Positions 26,813 to 36,869 of a stretch of DNA of 64,000 nt are shown here, one piece after another; position 1 is the stretch's first letter; each line of letters starts with the position of its first letter. The DNA lies in IMG/VR virus record IMGVR_UViG_3300040811_001208, positions 7,955 through 71,954 of that record, one strand, 5' to 3'. The notes under the pieces were generated by a model. The model did not search any database. It had not been told where the DNA came from and saw only the letters and a program-made list of their open reading frames with translations. The translations under genes were made by a program, and so were the position numbers. The stretch comes from a virus.

Positions 26813-27400
26813 CTAAATGAGATTGATAAAATCTTGTGGTAGATGGTGAGATATAGCTTGTTTTTTGATGTAGTTAATGGTGGTCTTTGTTACCTTCATC
26901 TTTGTTTTAATAAGATTCCAACACGCCTGGAAATCTGCATAGTTTCCTTTTTCGCATTCCAAGAATGTTGTTGGGAAAGAAAGTGCTGCTATTGGAATCA
27001 CTGCTATGGAGTTAGCAATAATGGTATTCAGTGGCTCATAAGAAAGGAACTTTTCCTTGAATGCTCCCCATTCTGGAGTTGGTTGTGGTTCTGGTGGGGT
27101 AGTTTCTTTATTTAATATTGTTTCTGCTTCGTCGGTTTTGTTTTTTATGATGAAGTTTCTATGAGTTTCACTCCACTCCCAGTATTCTGTTTCTGGGTCA
27201 AAGTCACCTTCGATTACATTTCCTTCTTCATCGGTATGAGTTCCCACTGGCATTTCATATGGGCCAGTAAAGCCAAATGCGATTAACTCTTCGTGGGATA
27301 GTTCTGGTAGGTCAGTTCTTATGACTTTATCTGCACCTCTATAATAAGATGGAACTTCTTGTGGAAATGTTCCGTTTGGTGGACTGTAAAGTGGTTTCAT
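26813..27400 (-). CDS. tail-associated protein (fibre assembly-like)
   Basis: paralog of 17063..18001 (LYS.P.G..PQE.P..RTDL). Confidence 0.65.
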   Translation of the reverse strand: MKPLYSPPNGTFPQEVPSYYRGADKVIRTDLPELSHEELIAFGFTGPYEMPVGTHTDEEGNVIEGDFDPETEYWEWSETHRNFIIKNKTDEAETILNKETTPPEPQPTPEWGAFKEKFLSYEPLNTIIANSIAVIPIAALSFPTTFLECEKGNYADFQACWNLIKTKMKVTKTTINYIKKQAISHHLPQDFINLI

Positions 27401-27467
27401 AGTTCTTATGGGGGTTTATTAGTGAAGAAAAATCCGTTTACAAAATACAAGGTACAAAGTACAAAGT

Positions 27468-27971
27468 TCAATAAGTCACACACCGGAAGGCACGGACACA
27501 GTAGGTGCCCGACTTATTGGTGCTGAACGCACTGCCATTAGTATAGTTAACGAGGCACGCACCCGTAGCATTAAACTCCGTAGAAGACCAATAGTAGGTG
27601 GCGGAGAAGGAGTCCCAGTTTGCTCGACATTGATATCCCAGTTGAAGTTGGGACAATGAGGGAACAAACCAATCACTTGGTGTAAATCCTGCATTTGTTA
27701 ATGCTGTTTGTAATCCACTCCATTCACTAACACAGCACTTATTGCCAACTGCCGTTGAGTTATATTGTCCTCCTGCCCATTGAGAACCTACTTGTGTACA
27801 AGATGGTGCAACAAGAATCGCAACACCATTAGTGGCACACATAATCGTAGAACCATCAGTTAAAGTTCCGCCAAGACCATCACTATTCAAGGTTGCCTTT
27901 ACCTTACAGTTGATTAATGCATCTGGGCTATCTTTCCACCACCAGTTTGTTGGGCCGACATATACTGTCAT
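27468..27971 (-). CDS. C-type-lectin-fold protein, DGR target 3
   Basis: paralog; YWSSTE..VRAFRCVTY. Confidence 0.85.
   Translation of the reverse strand: MTVYVGPTNWWWKDSPDALINCKVKATLNSDGLGGTLTDGSTIMCATNGVAILVAPSCTQVGSQWAGGQYNSTAVGNKCCVSEWSGLQTALTNAGFTPSDWFVPSLSQLQLGYQCRANWDSFSATYYWSSTEFNATGACLVNYTNGSAFSTNKSGTYCVRAFRCVTY
27480..27620 (-). repeat. DGR variable repeat VR3
   Basis: 141-bp repeat aligned with VR1 and VR2. Confidence 0.85.
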
Positions 27972-27995
27972 TTTATTAAAACTTTGACTTTATCT

Positions 27996-28862
27996 TTATT
28001 TATTTATCGAATACCTAGAAACCTTAATAGTTGCTGGGTCTGCACTTGACATAAGAACCTGAAGTATGCAGTTACCACCAGATATAACAGTTTCGAACTC
28101 ACCGAGATAATCATTTGTTACCACTGTTCCATATTCAATCAATGATGCAACAGAATCATTATGAATCACAAGAACATCACTTGCCTGATAATCGGTTCCT
28201 TGTGTGATTTGGACTTGAAATCTCGATGACCGATAAGAAGATGTAGAGAAACTATCAATCGTTGTTGCTGCTGTTGTTGATACTTCAGTAACTGTAACAT
28301 CAATACCAAGGTCTTCTACTTGCAGTTTTGATGTTGCTACTGTTGTTCCAATACCAAGATTTCCACCAATAGTAGCACTATTAGTAATATCAAAACTATT
28401 TGCGGAAAAGTTGTCAAATACTAGGTCATCTTGAACATAAAGGTCACCACCAACATAAAGGTCACCAGTGCTAGTAACGATACCTGCAAAGGTAGAAACA
28501 CCAGTGACATAAAGACCAGTGGTAGTTGTAAATCCTAGTGAGGAAACACCAGAAACACCAAGAGTAGTTGCACTGACAGAAGAAAGAGTAGAACCACCAG
28601 AAACACTAAGACCAGTGACAGTTGTGAAACCTAATGTGGAAACACCAGAAACGACAAGATTGGTTATATCCGCAGAAGATAAGCTAGAAACACCATCAAC
28701 ATTTAGAGTTTCGATGTCAACACTAGAAGTAAAAGTAGAAGCACCAGAAACTCTAAGTTCACCACCAACATCCAACAAAGCCTGTGGGTCTGCTGTATTG
28801 ATTCCAACTTTATTGTCTTTGAGGACAAAGTTATTGGAAAATCTAATGCGGTTATCAGCCAT
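27996..28862 (-). CDS. tail fibre-like structural protein
   Basis: N-terminus like 24588..26765; L.VSGVS repeats; C-terminal IDSF..YRS..IEYG domain shared with 29355..32297. Confidence 0.7.
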   Translation of the reverse strand: MADNRIRFSNNFVLKDNKVGINTADPQALLDVGGELRVSGASTFTSSVDIETLNVDGVSSLSSADITNLVVSGVSTLGFTTVTGLSVSGGSTLSSVSATTLGVSGVSSLGFTTTTGLYVTGVSTFAGIVTSTGDLYVGGDLYVQDDLVFDNFSANSFDITNSATIGGNLGIGTTVATSKLQVEDLGIDVTVTEVSTTAATTIDSFSTSSYRSSRFQVQITQGTDYQASDVLVIHNDSVASLIEYGTVVTNDYLGEFETVISGGNCILQVLMSSADPATIKVSRYSINK

Positions 28863-28889
28863 TTCTTGGTGCTCTCTCTATTTTACTAT

Positions 28890-29015
28890 TTAGTTCGAAG
28901 TGGTTGCCAAAGAGACTTTAACGGTTTCTGCATTTTCGGTCACAAGAACCTTATATGATGATGGACTACTCACTTTTACAGTATAAACCTGATTTCCTGT
29001 AAGTATTACTTTCAT
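28890..29015 (-). CDS. small hypothetical protein (41 aa)
   Basis: read manually, fills gap. Confidence 0.45.
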   Translation of the reverse strand: MKVILTGNQVYTVKVSSPSSYKVLVTENAETVKVSLATTSN

Positions 29016-29016
29016 T

Positions 29017-29355
29017 TTAGGTTGGTAGGGTAGCAGAACCATTCACAAGAGCATTGCCTTCTGTATTTTTGATTCTTGTTCCATCAGGCGCAACCAGGAA
29101 TATATCATAATAATGTCTACCTGGAGTTAATGTGGCAGTGATTGTCCTTGATAAATCCAAATCGAGAACTCCAGTAGTAGTATTCAACGAAGTTGTAAAA
29201 GCATAACCAGTTGTTGCTCCTGGATGTTTCTTTAATGTAGCGAGAGCAGTATAGTTTGCTAGTGACGCAATGGATTCGTCTGGATTTCTAATGGTATAAG
29301 AAGCAGAGAAGTCCGCACCTTGTTCTATTGTAATATTAACTACATTAACTGCCAT
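29017..29355 (-). CDS. virion structural protein
   Basis: NITIEQGADF..T.TLTPGRHYYDI, typical of myovirus tail region. Confidence 0.7.
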   Translation of the reverse strand: MAVNVVNITIEQGADFSASYTIRNPDESIASLANYTALATLKKHPGATTGYAFTTSLNTTTGVLDLDLSRTITATLTPGRHYYDIFLVAPDGTRIKNTEGNALVNGSATLPT

Positions 29356-32297
29356 TAGAGTTCAGTTCCCTTTCTGGTGAGTTTGACTGTATTATGTGCA
29401 TAAGTAGGAGTAAACTTCAATCTTGCATTTCCTCCACTGATGTCTGCACTATATTCACCAAGAGATTCAAGATTTGCAATACCAGCATATTCAATAATAG
29501 ATGCATCAGTAGAAGCAGAACCAACAGATTGAAGAAGCATTACATCACTGACCTGGAAACTTTCAATCAATGATGTAGTAGTAAAACTAAATCCAGTTCC
29601 AACTGTTGTGTCATAGATTGATTGTAAGTCAGCATTATTAATCGTAAGAGTTTCTCCTACTTCATAGCCAGAACCACTATTAGTAATAGAAACAGAAGAA
29701 ACACTACCACCAATATATGCATCTGGGTTGGATGTAATATCATATCCAAGTGTAATATAGTCAGTTCCGGCAGAATCTTTTGTGAGTCTAAAGGTATTGG
29801 AATCTATTGGGTCAATGTAATAAACAGTGGTTCCACCATAACCAGGCCCAGATTCTAGATTGAAACTAGAATCATAACCAATCACACTAGTCAGTGCAGC
29901 ACCAGTTAGTGGAGAAATCGTTGGACTATCAATCGTAAATGATGGATTGGTTGTATAACCAAGACCAGTTGTGGCAGTTACAGAATAAATCCCAAGACCA
30001 ACAGTGCTTCCAACTCCAGGAGTTGTAACAGTTGTAGTGACTGGCATATCAGCAGAAGTATAACCATAACCAGAGTTATTGACTTCAATACTGGTTAAGA
30101 CAACATTAGTAACTGTTGCAGCAGCACCAGAACCACCACCTCCAATGAAACCAATAGCTGGTTTTGATGTTCCAAATCCTGCACCAGGAGATAAGACACT
30201 AATATTGGTTACAATCATTTGAGTGATTGTGATTGCTGCACCAACACCAGTATCATCATCAGTTACTGTTACTATTGGCGGAACAGTATAACCAGAACCA
30301 ACATTTGTAATATCAATATCAGTTATTCTACCAGAACCATCTATAGAACCAAGAACCATAGTCGCAGTAACTCCACCAAGCGGTGGTGGTGCGACCGTTA
30401 TGACAGTTCCTGCTCCATATCCTATTCCCCCAGTGATTTGTATTCCGGCATCACTAATGCCAAGACCAACTCTTGTGACTGGAGTAGAAGTTGGAGTTTG
30501 GTCGTAAGTGACAGTTGGTGATGATGTATAGGCAGAACCAGGATTAGTCACAGTGAATGTAGAAATACCAAAACCAACATAACCAGTGGCAGTGACTCCA
30601 TTTCCAACAGGAGAACTATAGGTCACTGTTGGTGCAATATTGGTGACAATGCCAGAAGTGTTTAAGGTGACATTTGTAACTTTCATCGAAACATCAGTTA
30701 CAATCGAAGTGCTACCAATGCCAACACCTGGAACTGGATTTCCTCCAATAATGGGAGAATCAACAGTGATGCTTGGAACTGTAGTAAATCCTGCGCCAGA
30801 AGTTGTGATTCCTATTGAAGTAAGTTTTGATTGCTCATAATCAGTAGGAGATAAAGTTGTATCCAACGAAACACTATATCCTGTTGGAATACCAGCAATA
30901 CTATTGGAAGTAGTAAAGATTCCACCAAATGATTGAGTGATTGGATATGCAGGTGCAGTTACTGTGATTGTTGCTTCTGCTCCAGTTCCAATACCAGAAG
31001 AGATGAGAACTACATTTTCATAAGTTCCTGGCGAATAGTTAAGTCCAGCATTAAGACCAGAAACGGATGGAGTGCCAAGATTCAGTTGATTATTTGTGGT
31101 TACCTGAAGATTATATCTTGCGCTACGATATTGCGAAGTATTAAAAGAATCAATAACAATCTCATTTGTTGATGTCGTCGTTACAATTCCAGGTGCTTCT
31201 GCAAAACTTTGTGCAATAATCTGGTCGGCACGAATCGTTCCACTAACATCCAAAGAATATTCAGGTTGAGTGCCGATTCCAAGTCTTACAGAAGATGGAT
31301 TATAATAAAGTCCATTGGAGTCTACATAAAGACTTGAGAAACTATCAGTTGTTGATGAGAAACCAATATAATACAGTTGATTGTTGGTTGCTTCTATTGT
31401 TGCAACTGATTGTGCTATTCCAACTGGAGCATCTTGTCCTACAACTCCCCAAGTTGGTGGACTAGTGCCATTAGAAAGTAATGCTTCTCCAGGTTGTCCA
31501 GGATTGTCAAGGTAATCATAAACCAATCCATAAAACCTAGATGAACCAAAAACATCTAGTTTATATGCTGGTAATGTAGAACCGATACCAACATTACCAT
31601 TTAATGTTTTTACGACAGTAGATGCAGCACCTACATTTAGATTGTTAATGAAACTATTGTTTACTGTACTAATACCGGAATAAGAAGTAGTTGCAGTAAT
31701 AAATCCAACAACTGCAGTATTAACTCCTATTTGACCTGATACATTTACATTACCAAATACATCAAGTTTTTGTGTGGGGAGAGTAGAACCAATACCAATA
31801 TTACCACTTCTAAATACAACTCCTGTTGCTCCCCTTAAGAATCCAGTTCCTGGGTCGTGATATGGAATCTCATACGCATTTCCAGGTGCAACCAAATCGG
31901 TAACTTGGATTCTTACGGTTGCAACACCTGTTTGGTCTTCTGGGTTTCCCCCAACAAAGTCAACAGTAACACCAGCGCCAACAAAGTTAAATACATTAAA
32001 ACTGTTGGCAAGACCTACCTGAACATCATTATTAAAAACAGTAAATGAACCAGGACTCAATCCACCAACAACAAGCGATGTAGAAGGCAACCAATATCTC
32101 TTTCCTGTTTCTCCGCCAACATTAATCAAAAGATATTGATTTCCTGGAGGAGCAGGATTGGCAGAAACCGCAGAAGGCCCAACAAGTGGGTCACCTAAAT
32201 CAGGTTCGGCTTGTTCTAATCCAAGAAACTCGTAGCGGTCACTTGTGATTCCTGATTGAGGAGTCTTCTTGACTCTTCCAGAGATTATTTTTGCCAT
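29355..32297 (-). CDS. large tail fibre/virion structural protein
   Basis: GSGYT..P.VT repeats and GNIGIG segments. Confidence 0.75.
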   Translation of the reverse strand: MAKIISGRVKKTPQSGITSDRYEFLGLEQAEPDLGDPLVGPSAVSANPAPPGNQYLLINVGGETGKRYWLPSTSLVVGGLSPGSFTVFNNDVQVGLANSFNVFNFVGAGVTVDFVGGNPEDQTGVATVRIQVTDLVAPGNAYEIPYHDPGTGFLRGATGVVFRSGNIGIGSTLPTQKLDVFGNVNVSGQIGVNTAVVGFITATTSYSGISTVNNSFINNLNVGAASTVVKTLNGNVGIGSTLPAYKLDVFGSSRFYGLVYDYLDNPGQPGEALLSNGTSPPTWGVVGQDAPVGIAQSVATIEATNNQLYYIGFSSTTDSFSSLYVDSNGLYYNPSSVRLGIGTQPEYSLDVSGTIRADQIIAQSFAEAPGIVTTTSTNEIVIDSFNTSQYRSARYNLQVTTNNQLNLGTPSVSGLNAGLNYSPGTYENVVLISSGIGTGAEATITVTAPAYPITQSFGGIFTTSNSIAGIPTGYSVSLDTTLSPTDYEQSKLTSIGITTSGAGFTTVPSITVDSPIIGGNPVPGVGIGSTSIVTDVSMKVTNVTLNTSGIVTNIAPTVTYSSPVGNGVTATGYVGFGISTFTVTNPGSAYTSSPTVTYDQTPTSTPVTRVGLGISDAGIQITGGIGYGAGTVITVAPPPLGGVTATMVLGSIDGSGRITDIDITNVGSGYTVPPIVTVTDDDTGVGAAITITQMIVTNISVLSPGAGFGTSKPAIGFIGGGGSGAAATVTNVVLTSIEVNNSGYGYTSADMPVTTTVTTPGVGSTVGLGIYSVTATTGLGYTTNPSFTIDSPTISPLTGAALTSVIGYDSSFNLESGPGYGGTTVYYIDPIDSNTFRLTKDSAGTDYITLGYDITSNPDAYIGGSVSSVSITNSGSGYEVGETLTINNADLQSIYDTTVGTGFSFTTTSLIESFQVSDVMLLQSVGSASTDASIIEYAGIANLESLGEYSADISGGNARLKFTPTYAHNTVKLTRKGTEL

Positions 32298-32301
32298 TTA
32301 C

Positions 32302-32652
32302 TTACTGTTTTGCGGTTTCTAGGATACTCAATACAATATTCAACTCATTATCAGCACTTGCCTGAACTTTGATGATGTCATTAGTCTCAAGTGCTAATCT
32401 TCCATCAGGAACTAGACTTACACTATCATTTGGTGGAACATAAGCACCATTTGCAAACTTATAATCAGTTGGTGTTTCTCCAGGGCGAGAATGTAGTGCG
32501 GTGACTTGTGATGTGGTATCACTAGTCAAATTGGTAACTTGTGCTAATAGTACAATAGCAGAAACACCAACAGGACAAGTGTAAATACCAACACTACTTG
32601 TGGTGATTGTTTTTCTTATTGTCTTAAAACTATTAAGTGCTACTGCTGCCAT
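32302..32652 (-). CDS. virion structural protein
   Basis: conserved-looking ORF in tail operon. Confidence 0.65.
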   Translation of the reverse strand: MAAVALNSFKTIRKTITTSSVGIYTCPVGVSAIVLLAQVTNLTSDTTSQVTALHSRPGETPTDYKFANGAYVPPNDSVSLVPDGRLALETNDIIKVQASADNELNIVLSILETAKQ

Positions 32653-32654
32653 TT

Positions 32655-35600
32655 TTAGTTACCTAGTGCGATGATAAGTGGGGTTACTGTATTTAATATA
32701 CTTTGGCTGAATGCTCTACCGGAAATAGTACCAGTCAGCTGATTGATTGTTAGGTCATCACCAATCTTAAAGTTTCCTGCCTGGTCTGTGCTGGTATAAA
32801 CAACTTCACCACCATTGAGTTTGACAACTTCATTTTCTTGTATTACAACACCACCGAGAGCAGGTTTTGCGAGATTGATGTCATTTCCAGAACCAACCCA
32901 CTCAAAAGAATGTGATGATGTAATCTGGAGACTTAAACGATTGAAATAAACTGTAGTTCCGGCACTTACTGTATTATTTAGATTTGTATTAAGAGTGACG
33001 GTTGAGATTCCAGAGCTTGGTAGGGTTGCAGATTCTATTGTATAATAGATTGGCGCAAGATTTAATGTTGCGGTTGCTGTAACTCCAGCACCAGTTGGGC
33101 CTGCAATCGTGATTTGTGGATTGTCACTTAATCTATACTGGCTGCCAGCACTGATGATATCAATAGATGATACTTGACCAAAGGCATTAATCGTTGCAAC
33201 TGCTTCTGCCCTGATTCCGGTTGGGCCAGTTGGGGAATCGATAGTTACTGTTGGTGCCTGAGTATAACCAAATCCACCATTGTCAACAGTAATACTTTCT
33301 ATTGAATAATAAAGCTCACCAAAGTGTAAGGTTTGTCCATCATAAGGTCTCAAGTTTCCAATACCTGATACTTCAATGACTGATTGTTCTGCTGGTGCAT
33401 CTACATTTGCAACTCCGGTGTAATGATAGATTGATTTGGTATTATAATCACCAACACCATCACTCATCAGTCCATAAGTACCGAACGAAGAGTTAGAGTT
33501 TGTAATATCACATTGTCCACCAGAACCAGTAAAGATTGCGATATCATCACAAATCGTAAAGATAGAAACTAACTGCGAGTATGCTCCATTAGTAATCGAA
33601 ACTCCAATACCACCTTGATTATATTGAGTATAAGAGTCAACGCTCATTGTACCAGTTACCCCAATATCATCTTGGTCTCCTGGTTCTGCCTCAAATCCAT
33701 CAACTTTCATTCCAATACTTCCAGGAACAAAGTTAGTGCAGTTTCTAATGTATGGGCCTTGTGTGATAGGCCCAACACCTGGAGAATATGGTGGGAATAC
33801 AACGCCACCACCTTCATAAGTATGTGGAATCGTAGAAACACCAGTATTAACAACAAATGTGGTTCCAGTTCCAATCACTTCTGTAACTTTGAAATCATAT
33901 CCAAGATTTCCTGTTGGATATAAAGTAGTGGTTCCTGCTCCACTGGTGCAAGAAAACTCTAGGTCGTGGAGTCTTACGAACTGACCGACCTTAACAACAG
34001 CACCTGGAGCAGTGATTGTTGTGATTCCTGTTGTGTTATCATAAGAAGCAGTAGTAACACCAATGGCACGATTGACCACAAATCCACCACCAACATAGTT
34101 ATGTGCAATAGTAGAGATTCCAGTGTTGATAACAAATGAACCATCATTATTGACTGATTCTACATCAAACTGATAACCATAAGCACCTGATGGATACCTT
34201 TGAGTGCCAATAGAACCACCAGAAGTACAATCAAAGAGTAGGTCTCTAACTTCTACAATATCTCCTGGTTTGACTGATAATGTTGGAGCAAGTATTGTTG
34301 TTTCGCCAGAAGTGTTATCGTAGACAGCACTTGTAACTCCAACAACAGTAGTGAATCCAATGCCAGAGTTTCCTGGGAATGATGTATTGATTCCTGCTCC
34401 AAGAATAGAAAGTCCTTGGTCTAGGATTGTGGTTACGACTCCAACACAAGAGTAAATTGCAGAAACAACATTAGCGCAAGAACCAATGTCTTCATTGGAA
34501 CCAGTTGCTACATCTACCTGCATCGCAAGGTCTTTGACCTGACTATATTGTGTCTGATAATTTCCAGTCCAGGAGACATTGTTGATACAAGAACGAGCAA
34601 TGCCTGCTGCATAGTTTAGAGCATCAATGGTTGCTTCTTTTACACTATAACCATTTGTGTCGGTTCCAGTGATATGAAGAAGTGAACCAGCATCATCAAA
34701 ATAAGATCTACCAGCACCAACACACTTGAGATTTCCACCTCTTGTAATGTCGTGTATAACTGCTTTCATTACATCTTTAATGTCATCACTACAGTTAACT
34801 GGAGCAATAGGACTACCAGAACCATCAACAACTACAAATGCTGGATTCTTATAGTCGGTGCTTGTTAGATAACCAACAGTTTCTGCTGCGATAAAATCTA
34901 GATTATAACGAATCATTCTTGCGGCATCAAAGAACCTATCTGTAGATACACCTGCAAGTGGTTGTAGTGCTACGATTGCAGCACCGTCAGTCATATTAGG
35001 ACCAATAAAACTTAAGTCAGTAATATGGCAACTATTGTTTACATAAAATAGATCTCTATCAACATACTTTGGAGTTACGACGCAGTTACGAAGTTCTGTT
35101 CCCTCAACCGCAACTCTCCTGGAGAGATAGATTGGATTTTCTTCGACATAAACTCCGGGAAAAACTTTAATCGTATCTCCAGGGAATGCAATAGCCGCTG
35201 CTGCCTTGATGGTTCTCTTTGAGTCGCTTTCGGTGAGTCCACTATTAGTATCGCTACCGTTTTGAGTTACGAAGATTGTCTTACCGATTGGGAAGTAAGA
35301 ATCAATATTAACTACGCCCTTTCCTTGTGCCTGGGTTGATGACAACCTAACACCAATACCTGCTGTAATTTGAGTGACGATTCCAGCAAGTGCTTCGCCG
35401 CTTCCAAGATATGTAAGAGCATCAACTGTAGTTGCAGTTACTGTTTCTGCTACTGATACATTTGTTGCTGTGACGAATCCAACAGTTGCAGTGCCAGATA
35501 CATTAATGTCTGCTGCAGTAACAAATCCAACAGTTGCTGTGGTTCCAACACTAATACTACCAGATACATTGATATTTCCACCAACATCAAGTCTTTCTGT

Positions 35601-36821
35601 TGGAATTGTCGAACCAATACCAAGATTTCCTGGATTTGAAACAAAGACTAACTCACTCTTTGCAATTCCAATCGGTTGGAATCCAGAGTCTTCTGCGAAT
35701 GTTGGATAATAAGTAGTTGTTGTACTTATGTTTTGGATTGCAGTATTTGATGCCGCAGACCAGTTTGGAGGTAAACCAGAACCTCTAGAGACTAATACCT
35801 CACCATCAAGTCCAGCATAAAACTCTCTTGTGATGTTGATGGTGGTTTCTATTGGAGTACCAAATCTATTATGATTTGGCAATATACCAACAGAGTTAAT
35901 ACCAACAGAAATAACTACTGTTCCTGGATTGATATCAGTTCCTGCATCATCAACAAAATCGGAAACCTCAATACCAGTTGTATCAATACCACTAATAATA
36001 CTCCTATCAGTACCAGAAAGAATACCAACCCTTGAAGTCAGTTGTCCACCTTGAAGATATACTGGGCCACCAAATAATACAGTTCCTCTAACATCAAGAT
36101 CATAATTTGGTTGATTAGTTTTAATACCAACTTGGCCATCATTGTCGATAATGAATGATGTAGAATCTGGGTTTGCGTTATCTTCGACTCTTAGTGCATT
36201 ACCAGAACCAGTTTGTGTGATTCTTACTAGATCATCAGAAGTAGAACCAGAGAATATACCAGAACTAAAAGTGCTAACTCCACTAACAGTCAATTGAGTT
36301 ACTGATGCAATGCCACCAATAACATTAATTGCTGTGGTTGCTGTAGCAGCGTTGACTGCATCTGGGGTAGTCCAAACTGGGGGAAGATTATTTCCCCTTG
36401 ATACGAGTACTTGTCCGGATTCTCCAGAATTTTTATATCTTAAAAATGTAAATGTAGTTGTCGCAACACCAGAAGAATTTGTGTGATTTGGAAGGATTGA
36501 TAGTGAACTGCTCCCAATCGCAGTAATTCTGGTATTATTTTGAATATATGTTCCTGTTAGGTAATCACCTACTAGAAGACTACCTGTATCAATTCCGGAT
36601 ATTGTAGTTAAAGAGGTATTGGATGCAATACCTATAGTAGTCTTTACAAAAGAATTGTCCGATGGAACATAAATGCCACCAGATAGCGATAAGTTTCCAC
36701 CAACAGACAAAAGGTAATCTGGGGTTGTGGTTCCAATACCAACAGATTGCCCTTCTGTATAGATTAAATTTTCTGCAACTTCAATACCATGACGAACAAC
36801 AAAATTCTTCTGAATTGCCAT
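32655..36821 (-). CDS. large virion structural/tail spike-like protein (possible beta-helix domain)
   Basis: IFVTQNGSD..TIKAA..GDTIKVFPGVYVE; SPYIRNCT-like segment. Confidence 0.7.
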   Translation of the reverse strand: MAIQKNFVVRHGIEVAENLIYTEGQSVGIGTTTPDYLLSVGGNLSLSGGIYVPSDNSFVKTTIGIASNTSLTTISGIDTGSLLVGDYLTGTYIQNNTRITAIGSSSLSILPNHTNSSGVATTTFTFLRYKNSGESGQVLVSRGNNLPPVWTTPDAVNAATATTAINVIGGIASVTQLTVSGVSTFSSGIFSGSTSDDLVRITQTGSGNALRVEDNANPDSTSFIIDNDGQVGIKTNQPNYDLDVRGTVLFGGPVYLQGGQLTSRVGILSGTDRSIISGIDTTGIEVSDFVDDAGTDINPGTVVISVGINSVGILPNHNRFGTPIETTINITREFYAGLDGEVLVSRGSGLPPNWSAASNTAIQNISTTTTYYPTFAEDSGFQPIGIAKSELVFVSNPGNLGIGSTIPTERLDVGGNINVSGSISVGTTATVGFVTAADINVSGTATVGFVTATNVSVAETVTATTVDALTYLGSGEALAGIVTQITAGIGVRLSSTQAQGKGVVNIDSYFPIGKTIFVTQNGSDTNSGLTESDSKRTIKAAAAIAFPGDTIKVFPGVYVEENPIYLSRRVAVEGTELRNCVVTPKYVDRDLFYVNNSCHITDLSFIGPNMTDGAAIVALQPLAGVSTDRFFDAARMIRYNLDFIAAETVGYLTSTDYKNPAFVVVDGSGSPIAPVNCSDDIKDVMKAVIHDITRGGNLKCVGAGRSYFDDAGSLLHITGTDTNGYSVKEATIDALNYAAGIARSCINNVSWTGNYQTQYSQVKDLAMQVDVATGSNEDIGSCANVVSAIYSCVGVVTTILDQGLSILGAGINTSFPGNSGIGFTTVVGVTSAVYDNTSGETTILAPTLSVKPGDIVEVRDLLFDCTSGGSIGTQRYPSGAYGYQFDVESVNNDGSFVINTGISTIAHNYVGGGFVVNRAIGVTTASYDNTTGITTITAPGAVVKVGQFVRLHDLEFSCTSGAGTTTLYPTGNLGYDFKVTEVIGTGTTFVVNTGVSTIPHTYEGGGVVFPPYSPGVGPITQGPYIRNCTNFVPGSIGMKVDGFEAEPGDQDDIGVTGTMSVDSYTQYNQGGIGVSITNGAYSQLVSIFTICDDIAIFTGSGGQCDITNSNSSFGTYGLMSDGVGDYNTKSIYHYTGVANVDAPAEQSVIEVSGIGNLRPYDGQTLHFGELYYSIESITVDNGGFGYTQAPTVTIDSPTGPTGIRAEAVATINAFGQVSSIDIISAGSQYRLSDNPQITIAGPTGAGVTATATLNLAPIYYTIESATLPSSGISTVTLNTNLNNTVSAGTTVYFNRLSLQITSSHSFEWVGSGNDINLAKPALGGVVIQENEVVKLNGGEVVYTSTDQAGNFKIGDDLTINQLTGTISGRAFSQSILNTVTPLIIALGN

Positions 36822-36869
36822 TTGTCTCCCTAGAGGTTCACTTTCCCCTCTTTTCTATTATTTAGTAAA

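Noticed and set aside
2948-26815. Genome-wide TAG reassignment
   Set aside because: Several genes (stops at 2948, 18929, 24588, 26813) end at TAG followed by promoters or short non-coding gaps, and long genes are uninterrupted.
24096-27694. Alternative-frame ORFs 24096..24314 and 27476..27694
   Set aside because: They are by-products of the GC-rich shared VR sequence.
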